A DNA stretch of 64,000 nucleotides. Source: Takakia lepidozioides (Eukaryota > Plantae > Bryophyta). This document shows, one piece after another, positions 20,690 to 33,423 of this stretch. A program made the position numbers and the translations under genes. Every line of letters begins with the position of its first letter. The first letter of the stretch is position 1. Below the pieces are notes generated by a model. It did not search any database. It was not told the origin of the DNA and worked only from the letters and a program-made list of their open reading frames with translations. The stretch is taken from contig CM060731.1 of NCBI GenBank assembly GCA_030704615.1, forward strand, positions 62,186,001 to 62,250,000, written 5' to 3'.

Positions 20690-23100
20690 ATGTACTCATG
20701 AGATGTTGTTTGCTGTAGCCTTGTGGCCATATATCCCAGCCCAGATAAGGCGGAACAGGCGAGAGCAGTGAGAGAGAGAATGTACTCATAAGACGTTGTT
20801 TGCGGTAGCCTTGTGGTCATTGACCCCGCGCCCAGTTTGAGCGGAACACAAAGGGACAGAACCTACCTCTGTCAGGGGCTGACATTGGTAGTAAGACTTA
20901 CCTTGGTATAAAGCATTGATCCGGGTTTTTCAGATACCCTCTAGAAATCCCTTCACACAAGCATCAATCTGCTGTGTGTGGTTTGCCCAATAACCAGGCC
21001 CCAGAAGGGCCTAGCCTCGAGACTTTCAAAGTTGGTAAACAGAGGTACAGGCACAATTGAGGAGAGCGTCACTCTGGTGAGAGAACCCCGGACAGTGAAT
21101 CAAAAAATGAATATTGTCTGCAGGTTGCCCACACAACAGGCAATTGCACTCTCCCTTTCCTCTCTGCTTCTGTTTGCTGTTCAAAGGTAGGCTTCCTGCC
21201 CTGAGTTTAAATTTCAGTCTAGTGCCGAGAGTGGGTAGACCCTTGAGGTCATCCATGATGTCCTCCCCCATGTCACAGTCTGGAAACAAGTTCAGGGAAG
21301 TTTTCTGCCTAACTTCATTTTCATCAGACAATTCATGGCAACAGACATGGCTTTGGACACTACAGCCTCTGAGTCAGATTTATCCAGCAGGGTCAAGACT
21401 TGCGGATCCAGATCCAGATCCTTGAGAATCTCTTCTACTCTCTTCTGCCAGGACTGGTCAATCTATACAAGGAGGGTGACAGAGAAGAACCGGGGAACTA
21501 TCGTGGCATCACGCTCCTCAATGCTGTTGGCAAGATATTTGCAGAGTTATAAGTACTCGTCTCGAGGTTGATCTGGAATCCAGAGGTTGTTTCCACGAAG
21601 GCCAAGCTGGCTTTCGGTGAAACAGGGGCCGTGTGGATCATATCTTCACTCTAAGCCAGATTATTCAGGGAAGGAAAAAAGAGGGGAAACCCACTTATGT
21701 TTTCTTCTTGGATGCCAAAAAGGCTTATGACACAGTGTGGAGAGATGGTCTATGGCTCCGCCTCTGGTCTTGTGGGATCAAGGGAAGATGTGGAGAGTTG
21801 TCCATAAATTGTATGCTCACACCAAAAGCTGTGTCACTGTTAATGGACAGAAGTCCAACTTCTTTGACATAGACCAAGGTGTAGCTCAAGGATGGGTTAA
21901 GGGTGGGTGATACCATCATACCAGCCCTTATATTTGCGGATGACTTCGCAGGCATAGGGGAGACCCTCCAGGAGTTGATTGATTGCGCGAAGAGATACTA
22001 GTAAATGTGCAGTGGTGGCATTCAACGACAGAGGAGAGGGAGGAAATGATCTCAAGTGGCAGTGGGGTAGCCAAAGAGATTCCGGTCCTCCCTTCCTACA
22101 CTTACCTGGGCGTTGAGTTTTCCTCCAACTGTAATCAGGATGCACATATTGGGGAAGTTGTTCAAACTGGCAAGGGCAAAGCGCTGGGTCTCACTAAATT
22201 TTTCCACTTCAGAGGGGTCAACTCTGAGGTTAAGAAAACCATGCTTTGTCACGTTATTAGACCTGCGGAGTACGGATCTGCAATATGGGTTGATAACTCC
22301 AACCAGGCTAAGTCTTTAGAATCCATTCAAGTGGGGGTGCTTAAGGAGTGCATGTCAGCATGCTCCAAAACAGCCAATGTGGCTGTTCGGGGTGAGTTTT
22401 GCATCCTGTCCTTAAAGCTCCCGACGAGATGAATTCAAGGTCAGGTGGTGGGGTCAGCTGCAGCATTAATCGACTCTATATCTTGGAAACAGGACCGCCC
22501 TGTCAAACTGCTAATGACCCCCTGTCGCCAGTGAAAGGGGATCATTTCAGTCTTCCAGATAAGGTTAAAGAGGAGAACTAAGGCCTTTATCATGGGATCG
22601 CCATTGTGCTTGATAAGCTCGTTGACTATGCCATCAGGTCCACCTGCTTTCTACAAGTGTTCAATTGCTTCCACAATCTCAGAAGAACTATGAGAGCGTT
22701 GTAAGCCTTTGAAATATACTCCAGTTCATCAGGGCTGTTTTGAATCGTAGGAACACTTTTTCCAACTGTGTCCTTCCATTCATCAGAGGACTCACTGGTA
22801 GACCTAGAAGTTCTGCCAATGATACTGTAGTGGGTCTCAAAGGTTTTGACAATGTCAACCGATGAAGTCATCACTGCACCCTTAGTAGTCATCACTGCAC
22901 CCTTAGTAGTCTTCAGCACTTGTACTTGCTGACAGCTTTTCGGCTTGTACAAACGTTGAAGGGCCAACCAGAATCTCTTGTCATTACCACCATGGTGGTT
23001 TGAATTTATTTCACTGTATAACTTGTCCCAGTATAATTTCTACTGAGACCTTACAAGCTAATTGATATCTTTACGGATCTGGTAGTACCTCGCCCACAAT
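20690..23100 (-). mobile_element. Non-LTR family B copy with reverse transcriptase, internally inverted (21456-22514 reads on +)
   Basis: RT motifs on +: PGNYRGITLL, QAGFR, FLDAKKAYDTVWR, QGVAQG, IFADDF, YTYLGV. KAGGPDGI (~22630-22650) and the 3' end (~20780-21455) read on -. Multiple frameshifts. Confidence 0.85.
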
Positions 23101-23110
23101 TCATGCAGCA

Positions 23111-24052
23111 CCCTATAGGTTATTCTACCCTGCTTCCTTCCTTTTGGCTTCCATCTGAGCTCTAGAGGGCAGCAAACATTAGCTATCAAATCATTCCTCT
23201 TGCCTTGTCCTAATGCTTACTTGACGCCGGCGCAGATCTCTCTCAATAAGGCCCTGGTTAAATTTAGGAAATCTTTGATGCCATTGGGCATGTGAACGTG
23301 TTTAACACATTGGACTTGGGATCTAGTTACCACCAATTGCCAATCAAAGAGAGGATAATTTGAATCGACTTAATGAGGGTCCAATGTCGCAATTGTATAT
23401 CCCAACAATAAAATAATTATGTATGTCTATACATATACATATGCATATGAATTCATGGGTACGATATGTATATGCGTGTGAAACATGTAGGCATGACCAT
23501 ATAATGAATAAGTCCTGGAAATGAACTAGTGGGAACAAGTGGGTTGTTAACAACATAGTTGTTCCTGAACAAGTGGGTTAACAAAGATGAAAGCATATTT
23601 GGAAGATGCTTTTATTTGAAGCATCTTTTTGTGATTCAGGTTGATATTGTTAGGGGTGTAGACGCACCCTGAATTCGTGATGCTTTACGCAGAGCTTCAT
23701 TGCAATATAGGATAGAGTTGATGTCTCATCAGTTATGAAACAATACTCTCTGGTGTTCTTCCTCTTTTCATTGTGCTTCTTCAATGTGACCTTCCTTGAT
23801 ACCTTGTCGTGGTTCAAGCTCTCCTTTACCTTGCATGTGGCTATGTTGTATTATCACTCCAAAGTAAGTTCTGAGTTCACCCGGCTCACATTGATATACA
23901 ATTTTCTGAGCATGATGAATTGTGATGGGTTCCACCATCAAAGTGTTAAGAATCTCGTTGTTGGTATGATGTCCTTGGAAGTTTGAAACTGAGAGGAGGT
24001 GTAACCCTACAGCTGACTGTGTGCTTATGTTCTTTAAGCAACATGAAATTTC
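23111..24052 (+). repeat. Start of segmental duplication unit A (copy of 48300-49251)
   Basis: Near-identical sequence at an offset of ~25.2 kb. Confidence 0.9.
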
Positions 24053-24071
24053 ATGTGAGTTTCAAGTGCAG

Positions 24072-24850
24072 GTGATTGCATGCCCTTGTGCACTTGGCCT
24101 TGCGACCCCGACAGCTGTTCTGGTATGCATAAAACTACCTCCAAGAAATGTACTCATGAGATGCTGTTTGCCGTAGCCTGTACCTCCAAGGCAGAAAGAT
24201 ATCAAGACAGACACTTTATTATGTCCATGGGGAAGCCAGAAAGCATGACAGAAGTAAGAGAGTGGCAACTATTGATTAAGGGCAACTATTGACTAAACAA
24301 CTATTGATCAAGGGATTGTCGAAGTCAACACCTCGCGCAGATATGTTGCCAAGAAAGGAATTTTCTGAGCTCAAAGAACTTATGCAACAGAGAAAAGAGA
24401 AGACAGAATCAACAGAAAAGTGAGGCCCCCAACAACTAACCAACACAACCTTGTATTTCGAGAGCCAGAGAGAGAGAGAAAGAAAAAGAGAAGAAAGTAA
24501 ACTTTATAATGTCTGAAGGCCATCCCAAAGGCCTAGGGACGCAACATCCATAGGGGGCCAGGGGGGCAATGAGAACAACAAGAAGATGACTAGAGAAAAT
24601 CCATTCTTTGTAAATGCTGATGAGAAAGTTTGTGGCCGTAGGTGGGCACATCACTTGGGGCACGCAGAAGTCTGCTTATCCGGGGAGGCGACATTCTTGA
24701 GAAGGTTTCTGCCATTGACACAGTAGTGTTCGACAAGACTGGTACCCTCACTATTGGACGACCTGTGGTAACGAAGGTGGTGCCCAGCAACAGCTTGAAT
24801 GATGATGGCACAGTTAATTCAGGCAATGGTGATCGGGATCCCAATCTGAG
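24072..24850 (+). pseudogene. PAA1: Two-exon fragment of PAA1 Cu-ATPase (CPC and DKTGT exons)
   Basis: VIACPCALGLATPTAVL (24072-24122). GTSLGARRSLLIRGGDILEKVSAIDTVVFDKTGTLT (24642-24850). Confidence 0.88.
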
Positions 24851-24889
24851 GTAGGCTATAGAAAGAGAAGAAGAAAGAAGAACATTGTT

Positions 24890-26150
24890 ATGTCCACAAC
24901 TTCTCATCCTCATTATCCCCCTGCAAAGGCTGTGCCTTTCCCAGCCTCACTAGTGCCTCTTCCCATTCCTCCAAATCATCACAAGTGCGAAGACAAGCCC
25001 CCATGACCTCTAGGCTGAATGGAAGCCCCCCACAAGCAGCCACAACTGCCTTTGACATCACTTCAAACTTTAGTTTTCGCTCTCCTCCGTCCACACAAGC
25101 GTGCATGCCAAAAAGATCCAGGGCTTGCTCTGGGCTGAGTTCCTCCACATCATACTTTCCATCAACCCCCACATACTTCTCTAGAACTCCCCAGTTTCGG
25201 CCTGTCACAATTACCTTACTCCCAGTTTTCAACTGCTTGCTTAGACCCAAAGCAACCATTTGGGCCTCAGTGCCAACATCGTCCAAAACCAAGAGCACTT
25301 TTTTATCCTTTAAACACTTCTCTATAAGCAACCGAACTCGCTCCTCATTTTGAATGTTACTGTCATCCATGCAACCTATGTCCCGCAATAGCTGTCTCTG
25401 CATCTCCAGAACGCCACTTGATCTGATGTTTGGCAGGAAGCTGTATGCATCAAAATCCATGCGAGCGAGATCGCGGTGTCTTGCCGATACCGCCCATCCC
25501 AACTACACCCAACTACAGTGACAGGCTTTTCTGTCTAAAGCATTTTTTGCGTGGTGAGAGTTTCTTCTGTGGGCCTCCACGATCAAACTCTTGATCACAA
25601 GACCCCCAAAGTTATGGCCAACCAGAACCATCGGGTTTCGTTTGCCATCATTCCATGCTCTGCTGCAAAATTGCAAACTGTGAGATTGTGCTGAACACAA
25701 CTGCATAACAAGGGACACCCGACGGTATGCATATGACAATATATCATGCAGTCCTTCTTATGACAGAGGATCCCCATAGATTTCCATCTCTGGAGCTGAT
25801 TGCAAAACACAAGAAAGTCTATGTGCATTTTATGGAACTAGAGATGCTCCACATCAAGTTATTTCGAGCCCCCAAATTATTAAGTTATCTTTGTTTTTAA
25901 CAAACACAGCGCCTGATATGTTTACTCTGATTAGAAGCTGGGCGCCAACCAGCTGGTGATCAACGACGGCTGATGCTTTCTACATGTACACCCCACAGCT
26001 TCAATGACAGAAGCTGGCTATTGAGAAATGAAATGAAATGAAATGGTGCTTTATAACGTCGGCGGAAAGCTCATAGAGGTTATGGGACAAAATGGAAGAA
26101 AACATGAGAGGAAACAAAACCAGAACCCAAGAATAAGAACTAATGTTCTC
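24890..26150 (-). pseudogene. HNL copy C: deleted and truncated hydrolase plus NB-ARC fragment
   Basis: LVGHNFGG exon fused at ~25515 to a damaged P-loop. LLVLDDV, GSKVIVTGR and CGGLPFSL present. Ends at EDEKLW. Confidence 0.85.
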
Positions 26151-26544
26151 GCGAAACCAGAACCGGAAACAAAACCAGAACCCAAGATATACAGTATGGG
26201 TGATTATTTCGCATAAGGGTTATGGGGTTTTATTCCGTTTTGAAAACATATAGCTCTTATGACCGCGGTTTAAAAACATAAAACCGGGGGTTTGTGCTCA
26301 CACCATTTCACCGGTGCTCACATTCTACCAACCCCCATTGAAAGAGAACACATAAGTATAAAGGTGATTCCCGGTGGCCTTGAGCGTTCCTTTTGCATCT
26401 TGAAATTCTTAGCTTGTGATTATCGCACTCTGTTTGGAAATGTTGTGAAGGTTCAGCTTTTATAAAGTCAACATATGTTGCCCTACCTGCGATCATCGTA
26501 CTGTAGGACATTGAAAGGTCATCCACGATATCCATCTAATATTT

Positions 26545-27852
26545 CGCAGGTGACGATGAGTGATTGCTTGTGGGACCGGAAGCAGTGCGCGATCTGAGCA
26601 GTTGGCCCACAATAATTCTTTTGCTTCGGATTGTCTAGCAAGAGGTGGCCGAAATGGGCACTGGCTAGCCGGCAGATGACGAGCACTGAATTGATGGTCA
26701 GCTGCAGGTGCCTTCGTATGTTGGTTCCAAGATGTCTGGCGTCCGAGAGATGGTTTTTGAGGACAGATCCGTTGCGGGAGATGGGTCCAGAGTTTGTTAG
26801 CTTGGCAATTGGGACTCTGTGAAGAGTGATCCGTAGAGGGAGGTGGGTATCAGAGCTTCAATTAGGTGATGTGCGGTCAGATCCGGTGAAGAGCTGTGCA
26901 ATTTCGTGTTGTCACAGCTGATATGCCCAACGTGGGCACCTCTCCCTTTGTACCTGACCCCCACGGCTAGTGTCCCTCTCATTCTCTTTTCTACCATTTC
27001 CTTCGAGGCGCAGAGTAGAGGAGAGATTTTATCCTTGGCAGTTGGCGCTCTGAAACTTGATCTTGGTAAAACTACGTGAAGTTGTAAGGACTCTCTCCCG
27101 GCTATGTCTATCCTCCCCCACAACGGCCCCCTTTCTCCTCCCTCCGCCTCTTCTTTCTCTCTCGCTATCTTTCTATCTGACACTATTTGGCTTGAAGATA
27201 ATGCTTCAACATTCGCTCGTCCTGGAAAGATTGTCTTTTGCCTGTTTTCCAGCAACAGGAACACTCGAATCACCAAGATCGAAGCTTCCACTGGGGTTTG
27301 CATTAGAAACAGGTGCGAAGGATGAAGGAGAGGGAGAAGGGGGAGGTTGGGAGACAGGCACGATGGATGCATCGCTCCTGGTGGAGTGTATCTGTGACGG
27401 TGCGTCTTCTGCTAATGTTGAGCGGTGCGGTGTTGGGCCTGTTGCTTTTCTGGAATGCCCACATCCTCGGAGGTTGTCTGTCCAACTCTGTTCAATTCTC
27501 GATCAGCCGTGATGCATGCGAAAGAGAGTGGAGGAAACCCTTAAGCACGTAGAATTGCTTGGTCCCTTTGCTTAGAATCTTTTTGTCAAAATTAAAAAAA
27601 TTGAAGTTCTCATGTGTCTCAAGAGCAATCCCAATTCTTCATAAGTTTTTTCTTCTTTTAATTGGGACGCCTGTTCCTCTCTTACACGGGCACGCACTGA
27701 CACCCAGAAACGGATGGTTACAGCAATCCCAATGCACTTGAAATCTGGAAAGTCTCTGTTGTAGTGAACTATAAACATAACATCTCAAGGCGATATTTCA
27801 GAAAGCACTGATGATTTGCTAGTAGCTATCGCCTCTCTCGTTTTACCCGTTA
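26545..27852 (+). pseudogene. Inverted copy of the GT92 gene 5' region (upstream sequence, exon 1, part of intron 1)
   Basis: Reverse complement of ~52580-53885. ORFs match (27313+ vs 53120-). Confidence 0.88.
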
Positions 27853-30800
27853 CTAAATGATGGGATGTGTCAGGGAGTGTTCAGGCCAGTACACTTGCAG
27901 TCTCTCATCTTCCCCGATATGCTCGGGCAGCTCTGTAAGCCTCCAACAACTAGAGAGGTTGAGCTCTTGTAGTAGTGTTAGGCGGCAGATCGACTCGGGC
28001 AGTTTCCGTAGCCCATGACAGAAACTCAAGGTGAGCACTTGCAGTCTCTCAAGTTCCCCGATATGCTCGGGCAGCTCTAGAAGCTGATTACAAAAACTGA
28101 GGTCAAGCTCTTGTAGTAGTGTTAGGCGGCAGATCGTTTGCGGTAGTTTCTTTAGTGCTACACACCAACGTAGGTGTAGCTCCAGCAAAGATGTGAGATC
28201 CCCAATGCATTCTGGTAGTCTGCACAAGTTCTGATTACCACTCAAGTCAAGCACACGTAACATCCTGAGATGTCCAAAGGATTTTGGCAGATTGCTTAAT
28301 TTTGATCCACGTAGAAAGAGCAGTCTCAGTTGACTGGAATGTTCCCCCAGAAAATACTCCACATTTTGCAGACTGCACTCGTCCAAATTGAGCAAACGAA
28401 GTCTGGGCATCATTGTACCCTCTGTCGTCGCAAGATTTATTGCCGAGCCTGCCAATGAGAGACAATACTTCATTGCCCTCAGAGAATACTTCACAATTTG
28501 CAGACTGCACTGGTCCAAATTGAGCAAACGAAGTCTGGGCATCATTGTACCCTCTGTCGTCGCAAGATTTATTGCCGAGCCTGCCAATGAGAGGCCTTGT
28601 ACAGGTTTCACCTGCACAAAATTGGAACGAAGGCATGAAATGCTGTGCTTTATTATAAATAGGTCACATACATGATTGATTCACATGCGAGATCCACACA
28701 TTGATATGCTACGTCTGCTCAGTCATGTCCCGCCAGTACCAAAGTAATTTACGTCAAATTAACAAATCTGGCTGTACATAACTAAATTCTTGCTGGCCAA
28801 CAGCACCACATTAGAACTGTGTGATCCATCACCTGTTTAGCTTGAAGGGCCATTTCCGCTGTCTCCACCTCCCATAATCGGTCACCAAAAGGTGGGGAAT
28901 TCTTTCTTGCAATGTCCCGACCCATGTCCCGCAACTGATCATGCATGGTCAGCACCTTCTTGTCGTTATCTATTTTCACAAGCGATCTATTCTGGAGGTT
29001 TTTCAATCCAATCTTTGGTGACCAGGAACTCCATGTCCGTAGCACTGTTTCAAAAGGCATACCCTGTGAAAAACGGTTCCCTAATACCCCACCATAGTCC
29101 GAAACGAGGCCATTGCAGAAGAAGCAAGCAATGTCCAAAAACATGTCTCGCTCCACCTGCCCTAAGGAATCGTAACTAATTTCCAACCGCTTCCACAACT
29201 TCTCATCCTCATTATCCCCCTGCAAAGGCTGTGCCTTTCCCAGCCTCTCTAGTGCCTCTTCCCATTCCTCCAAATCATCACAAGTGCGAAGAAAAGCCCC
29301 CATGACCTCTAGGCTCAATGGAAGCCCCCCACAAGCATCCACAACCGCCTTTGACATCACTTCAAACTTTAGTTTTCGCTCTCCTCCGTTCACACAAGCG
29401 TGCATGCCAAAAAGATCCAGGGCTTGCTCTGGGCTGAGTTCCTCCACATCATACTTTCCATCAACCCCCACATAATTCTCTAGAACTCCCCAGTTTCGGC
29501 CTGTCACAATTACCTTACTCCCAGTTTTCAACTGCTTGCTTAGACCCAAAGCAACCATTTGGGCCTCAGTGCCAACATCGTCCAAAACCAAGAGCACTTT
29601 TTTATCCTTTAAACACTTCTCTATAAGCATCCGAACTTGCTCCACATTTTGAATGTTATCCATGCAACCTATGTCCCGCAATAGCCATCTCTGCATCTCC
29701 AGAACGCCACTTGATCTGATGTCTGGCAGGAAGCTGTATGCATCAAAATCCATGCGAGCGAGATCGCGGTAGACCGTCTTTGCCAGCGTTGTCTTGCCGA
29801 TACCGCCCATCCCAACTACACCGATTACAGGAACCCCTTCGAGTCGGCGCTTCACTATGTCGACATGTTCTGAGAGCCCAACCAGATGTGTCGGGAGTTC
29901 GGGAATCCAGCTCTGACTCAAGAAGTTTATCTGCGCAAAGACACAGGCATGTGAAAAACAGAAATTCACTAATCGTTAATTTTTCTAGCCCAACATCTTT
30001 TGACGTGGGGCCACATATGACACTACTCTCCAACATGCTTGGAAGCAGTAAAATATGCGGTTCAGCAAAGAAGGAGGGGGGGTTGCTCACTTCCTGGCCT
30101 TGGATTAGCTGAAGGAATTCAAGAAGCTTTTGGTAGCTCACATGCGTCTGGCTGGTTGGCCTACAAACTTCCATATGGTCTGCGTCTTCAATTTGGTAGT
30201 GGTTGTTGCGTGAGTGTTTTGTTGCGGACGCATGCTCCACCAAAATATCCTGCCAATCCAAGCCCCTTGTATCTGGAATTAGCACTCGAGTCTTCTAGTT
30301 TCTCGGTTGCCAACACAACATCACCCTTGGCATGGCAATTCCCCATTGAACAGTCACTCACGTAGCATTCAGGACACAGCGATCGAACAGCACAAATGCT
30401 GAACTGTAGCTCAATGCAGTACCTTCCATGCTCTCTGCTCTCTCGGAGTGTAGGATCTGATATGTTTATATACATATACCTACTCACCACGCCAATTACT
30501 GTGGAGTCACTCAGTTTCAGTACCTTGTCAATCATTCAGGCACTGTCCTAACTTCCCCCACTATCCAACAAATTGGGTAATTTTACCTTGCCAGTGGGCT
30601 TGCCCTCTGTGAACGCGTAGACATTGAGGGAGCTGCCCACAACCTCTTCATATTCTCTTGAGAGCTCCTCCATTTTTCGCTGGAAGGGTTCCATATTTCT
30701 CATTATCCCACTCAGCTGTGGTTTCCGAAAAATATTGCAGCATTTCCTGATATATGTCTCCATACTTCCACTTCCTGTATGCGGAACTGCATAAAATACA

Positions 30801-32067
30801 ATACCCTGCAGATTTCTGAGAAAGATCTCAGCTGAGTGACAGGCTTTTCTGTCTAAAGCATTTTTTGCCGGGTGAGAGTTTCTTCTGTGGGCCTCCACGA
30901 TCAAACTCTTGATCACAAGACCCCCAAAGTTATGGCCAACCAGAACCATCGGGTTTCGTTTGCCATCATTCCATGCTCTGCTGCAAAATTGCAAACTGTG
31001 AGATTGTGCTGAACACAACTGCATAACATGGGACACCCGACGGTATGCATATGACAATATATCATGCAGTCCTTCTTATGACAGAGGATCCCCATAGATT
31101 TCCATCTCTGGAGCTGATTGCAAAACACAAGAAAGTCTATGTGCATTTTATGGAACTAGAGATGCTCCACATCAAGCTAAAAACTTTATTTCGAGCCCCC
31201 AAATTATTAAGTTATCTTTGTTTTTAACAAACACAAAGCCTGATATGTTTACTCTGATTAGAAGCTGGGCGCCAACCAGCTGGTGATCAACGATGGCTGA
31301 TGCTTTTTACATGTACACCCCACAGCTTCAATGACAGAAGCTGGTTATTGAGAAATGAAATGAAATGGTGCTTTATATCGTCGGCGGAAAGCTCATAGAG
31401 CTTATGGGACAAAATGGAAGAAAACATGAGAGAGGAAACAAAACCAGAACCCAAGAATAAGAACTAATGTTCTGGCGATTGTCTAAGGGTGAAGGCCTCG
31501 TGCAGGTAGGCTGCCAATTTGATCCTCATAGTGGAAGACTTCAGTGAGAGATTGGGTTCCACTGAATAAACAGTGGAATCTCCCACGGATCTCGTAGTAT
31601 AGAGGGCAGTAGAAGAAGAAGTGTTCTTCAGTTTCAATTTCCTGGCTGCGCCCTATGCAAGCTGGACATGGGCAGTCCTCCCCATGCAGGTTTTCCCATC
31701 TGCCAGTCTCTATCCGTAGGTGGTGGGAACCCAATTGAGAGAAAGAGGTAGACTACCTGTTCACAAAACTCTCTAGAAGGTTCTTGCCAATGTTGCTCAC
31801 GTCTTCGTTGTTGCCTCCCTCCGGTCCCATGTGTGCTGCTGCATCATATGAGAGAGAAAACACTCGCACTTTTCTATCCAGATCTTGGGGAAGCCACTTT
31901 GCAGGCCAGCACACAGTCTGGTCACCGCGTTGGACCCAAGTGTCTTTCCAAGCTTCCACTCCCATGGTGCCGAATTGCAGGCCATGAAAGAACACAACAT
32001 CCAGACTTGTCTCGTAAGCCTCACCGTCGGGCGGCCATAACTGATGAATCTGTGGTGTGCATTCCAT
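27853..32067 (-). CDS. Alpha/beta-hydrolase-NB-ARC-LRR immune receptor (HNL), copy A; apparently open, ~906 aa
   Basis: Exons 32067-31757, 30980-30587, 30249-30091, 29930-28833 and 28611-27853 splice in frame. Hydrolase: DVVFFHGL, CWPAKWLPQDL, LVGHNFGGLVIK, ADHMEVCRP. NB-ARC: GMGGIGKTT, LLVLDDV, GSKVIVTGR, GGLPLSL, FLDIACFF, MHDQLRDMG. 24-aa LRRs follow. Confidence 0.88.
31351..31733 (-). mobile_element. Non-LTR family A fragment in HNL intron 1 (counterparts at ~56565-56953 and ~26025-26150)
   Basis: GSHHLRIETGRW...CPLYYEIR with a (GAAAT)n tail, flanked by an ATTGAGA duplication. Confidence 0.82.
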
Positions 32068-32814
32068 GAAAGGTGAAGACAAAATTTACCCAACTTCAAC
32101 TATTCAACCCACAACAAGACCTCAGCACGGACGTCACGTATCTATACGTCAACGGGATCCATGCACTGCTATCGCATTCGCTTTTTAGCACCTCCAGATA
32201 TAAGGACATCATGTCTCCCTGGACAGAAGGTGGAAACCTCCTTTGGCACAGGGGGTGCTGAAAGTCCGTGTGGTGAGACGGGTCCTGGCATTGTAGAGAG
32301 GAGGCTTGCAGTCCTTTTTTTGGCAACTAACAAGCAGAACAGCTGCAATGGTGTCGGCAAATTTGTCTCTAAGAAACTCTCCAAGATCATACTGTTCAGT
32401 GCCGTACTCACGTCCTTCTCGAACAGCATTTGCGAGATGGGGCGGTGAGTTCAATATCAACAGTAACGTGCAAGTTGACAAGGCTCTGCTTTCTTCCATG
32501 ATGTTGCAAGCACGGATCTATGTGTATTACTTCCAACAGTACAGGTTAGAATCAACATACAAAGTGTGAATGTAGCTACTATTCACCACTAAACTTGCCG
32601 GTGCTCACCATCGTGCGGGAGATGCTCTGCACACTGCTTGTGTCTTCAGTCCAGAGCTGCTACTGCCTCGGAGTTCGCTTGTGTGAATCCCGCACGAAAA
32701 CCTGTAGTGACATGCAGTTCTCCTTCCTCGTTTAGTGTGGCTTCCATAGTCTGCGCATAGAGAGCGGCAGCTGCAGCGTGAGGACCGCCTATGCCTTGCT
32801 TGCGCCGCACACAA

Positions 32815-33302
32815 CAGCAGTCACGCTCTGACGAACGAGAACGACGTTTCTCGACGGACGAAATCAGCTTCAGTGCATAGTACGACGGCCGAAACCTCGA
32901 ACGAGATGTAGCCGGAGTTCGTTCCTGCAAAATTAACAGTGTGCGTATTCGAGCCTGTGATGCCCTGGGCCATCCCTTGGAAGGTAATTAAAAAATAAAT
33001 TAATAAAATGAGGCTGTTGGTCGGATAAATGTCGGATCGCTGCGGCTTTTATCCGATAACTTTTGCCCATAGACCTGACTCGCGCGTGCGAGATAGTGAA
33101 TGAATATCGTGGATGATACGATAGGTGCTGGGGCCCCTCTCTCAGAGGTTGGATGACATTTAAGGCTTCTAGATGAAAGAAAGGCTTATCCAGGGGCAAA
33201 GTAAATTTATTTACAGCAAAGAAACTTGCTGTAAATTCACTGGACGTTAAAGAAACTTTATCTTTATCTTTTACAGCAATAGTATTAGTTACTTTTAACG
33301 TC

Positions 33303-33340
<38 letters not shown>

Positions 33341-33420
33341 ACGGTTTACGTTTGTGGCTACAGATCTCGTCTCGTGGTTGCTCGTACTCTGTGTGTGTGG
33401 ATTGCGTGAGCTCGCACTTG
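32815..33420. promoter_or_regulatory. Probable divergent promoter/5' leader region between HNL-A and PAA1, with (CT)n microsatellite
   Basis: CpG-rich stretch between head-to-head genes. (CT)n at ~33306-33338, longer in the copy at 58506-58551. Confidence 0.55.
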
Positions 33421-33423
33421 GCC

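Noticed and set aside
24072-25510. NLR with integrated HMA/ATPase domain
   Set aside because: The PAA1 and NB-ARC fragments are on opposite strands and simply abut at a deletion junction.
32169-32930. Extra N-terminal coding exons of the HNL
   Set aside because: Every frame stops before the hydrolase exon in both copies; treated as leader or short ORFs.
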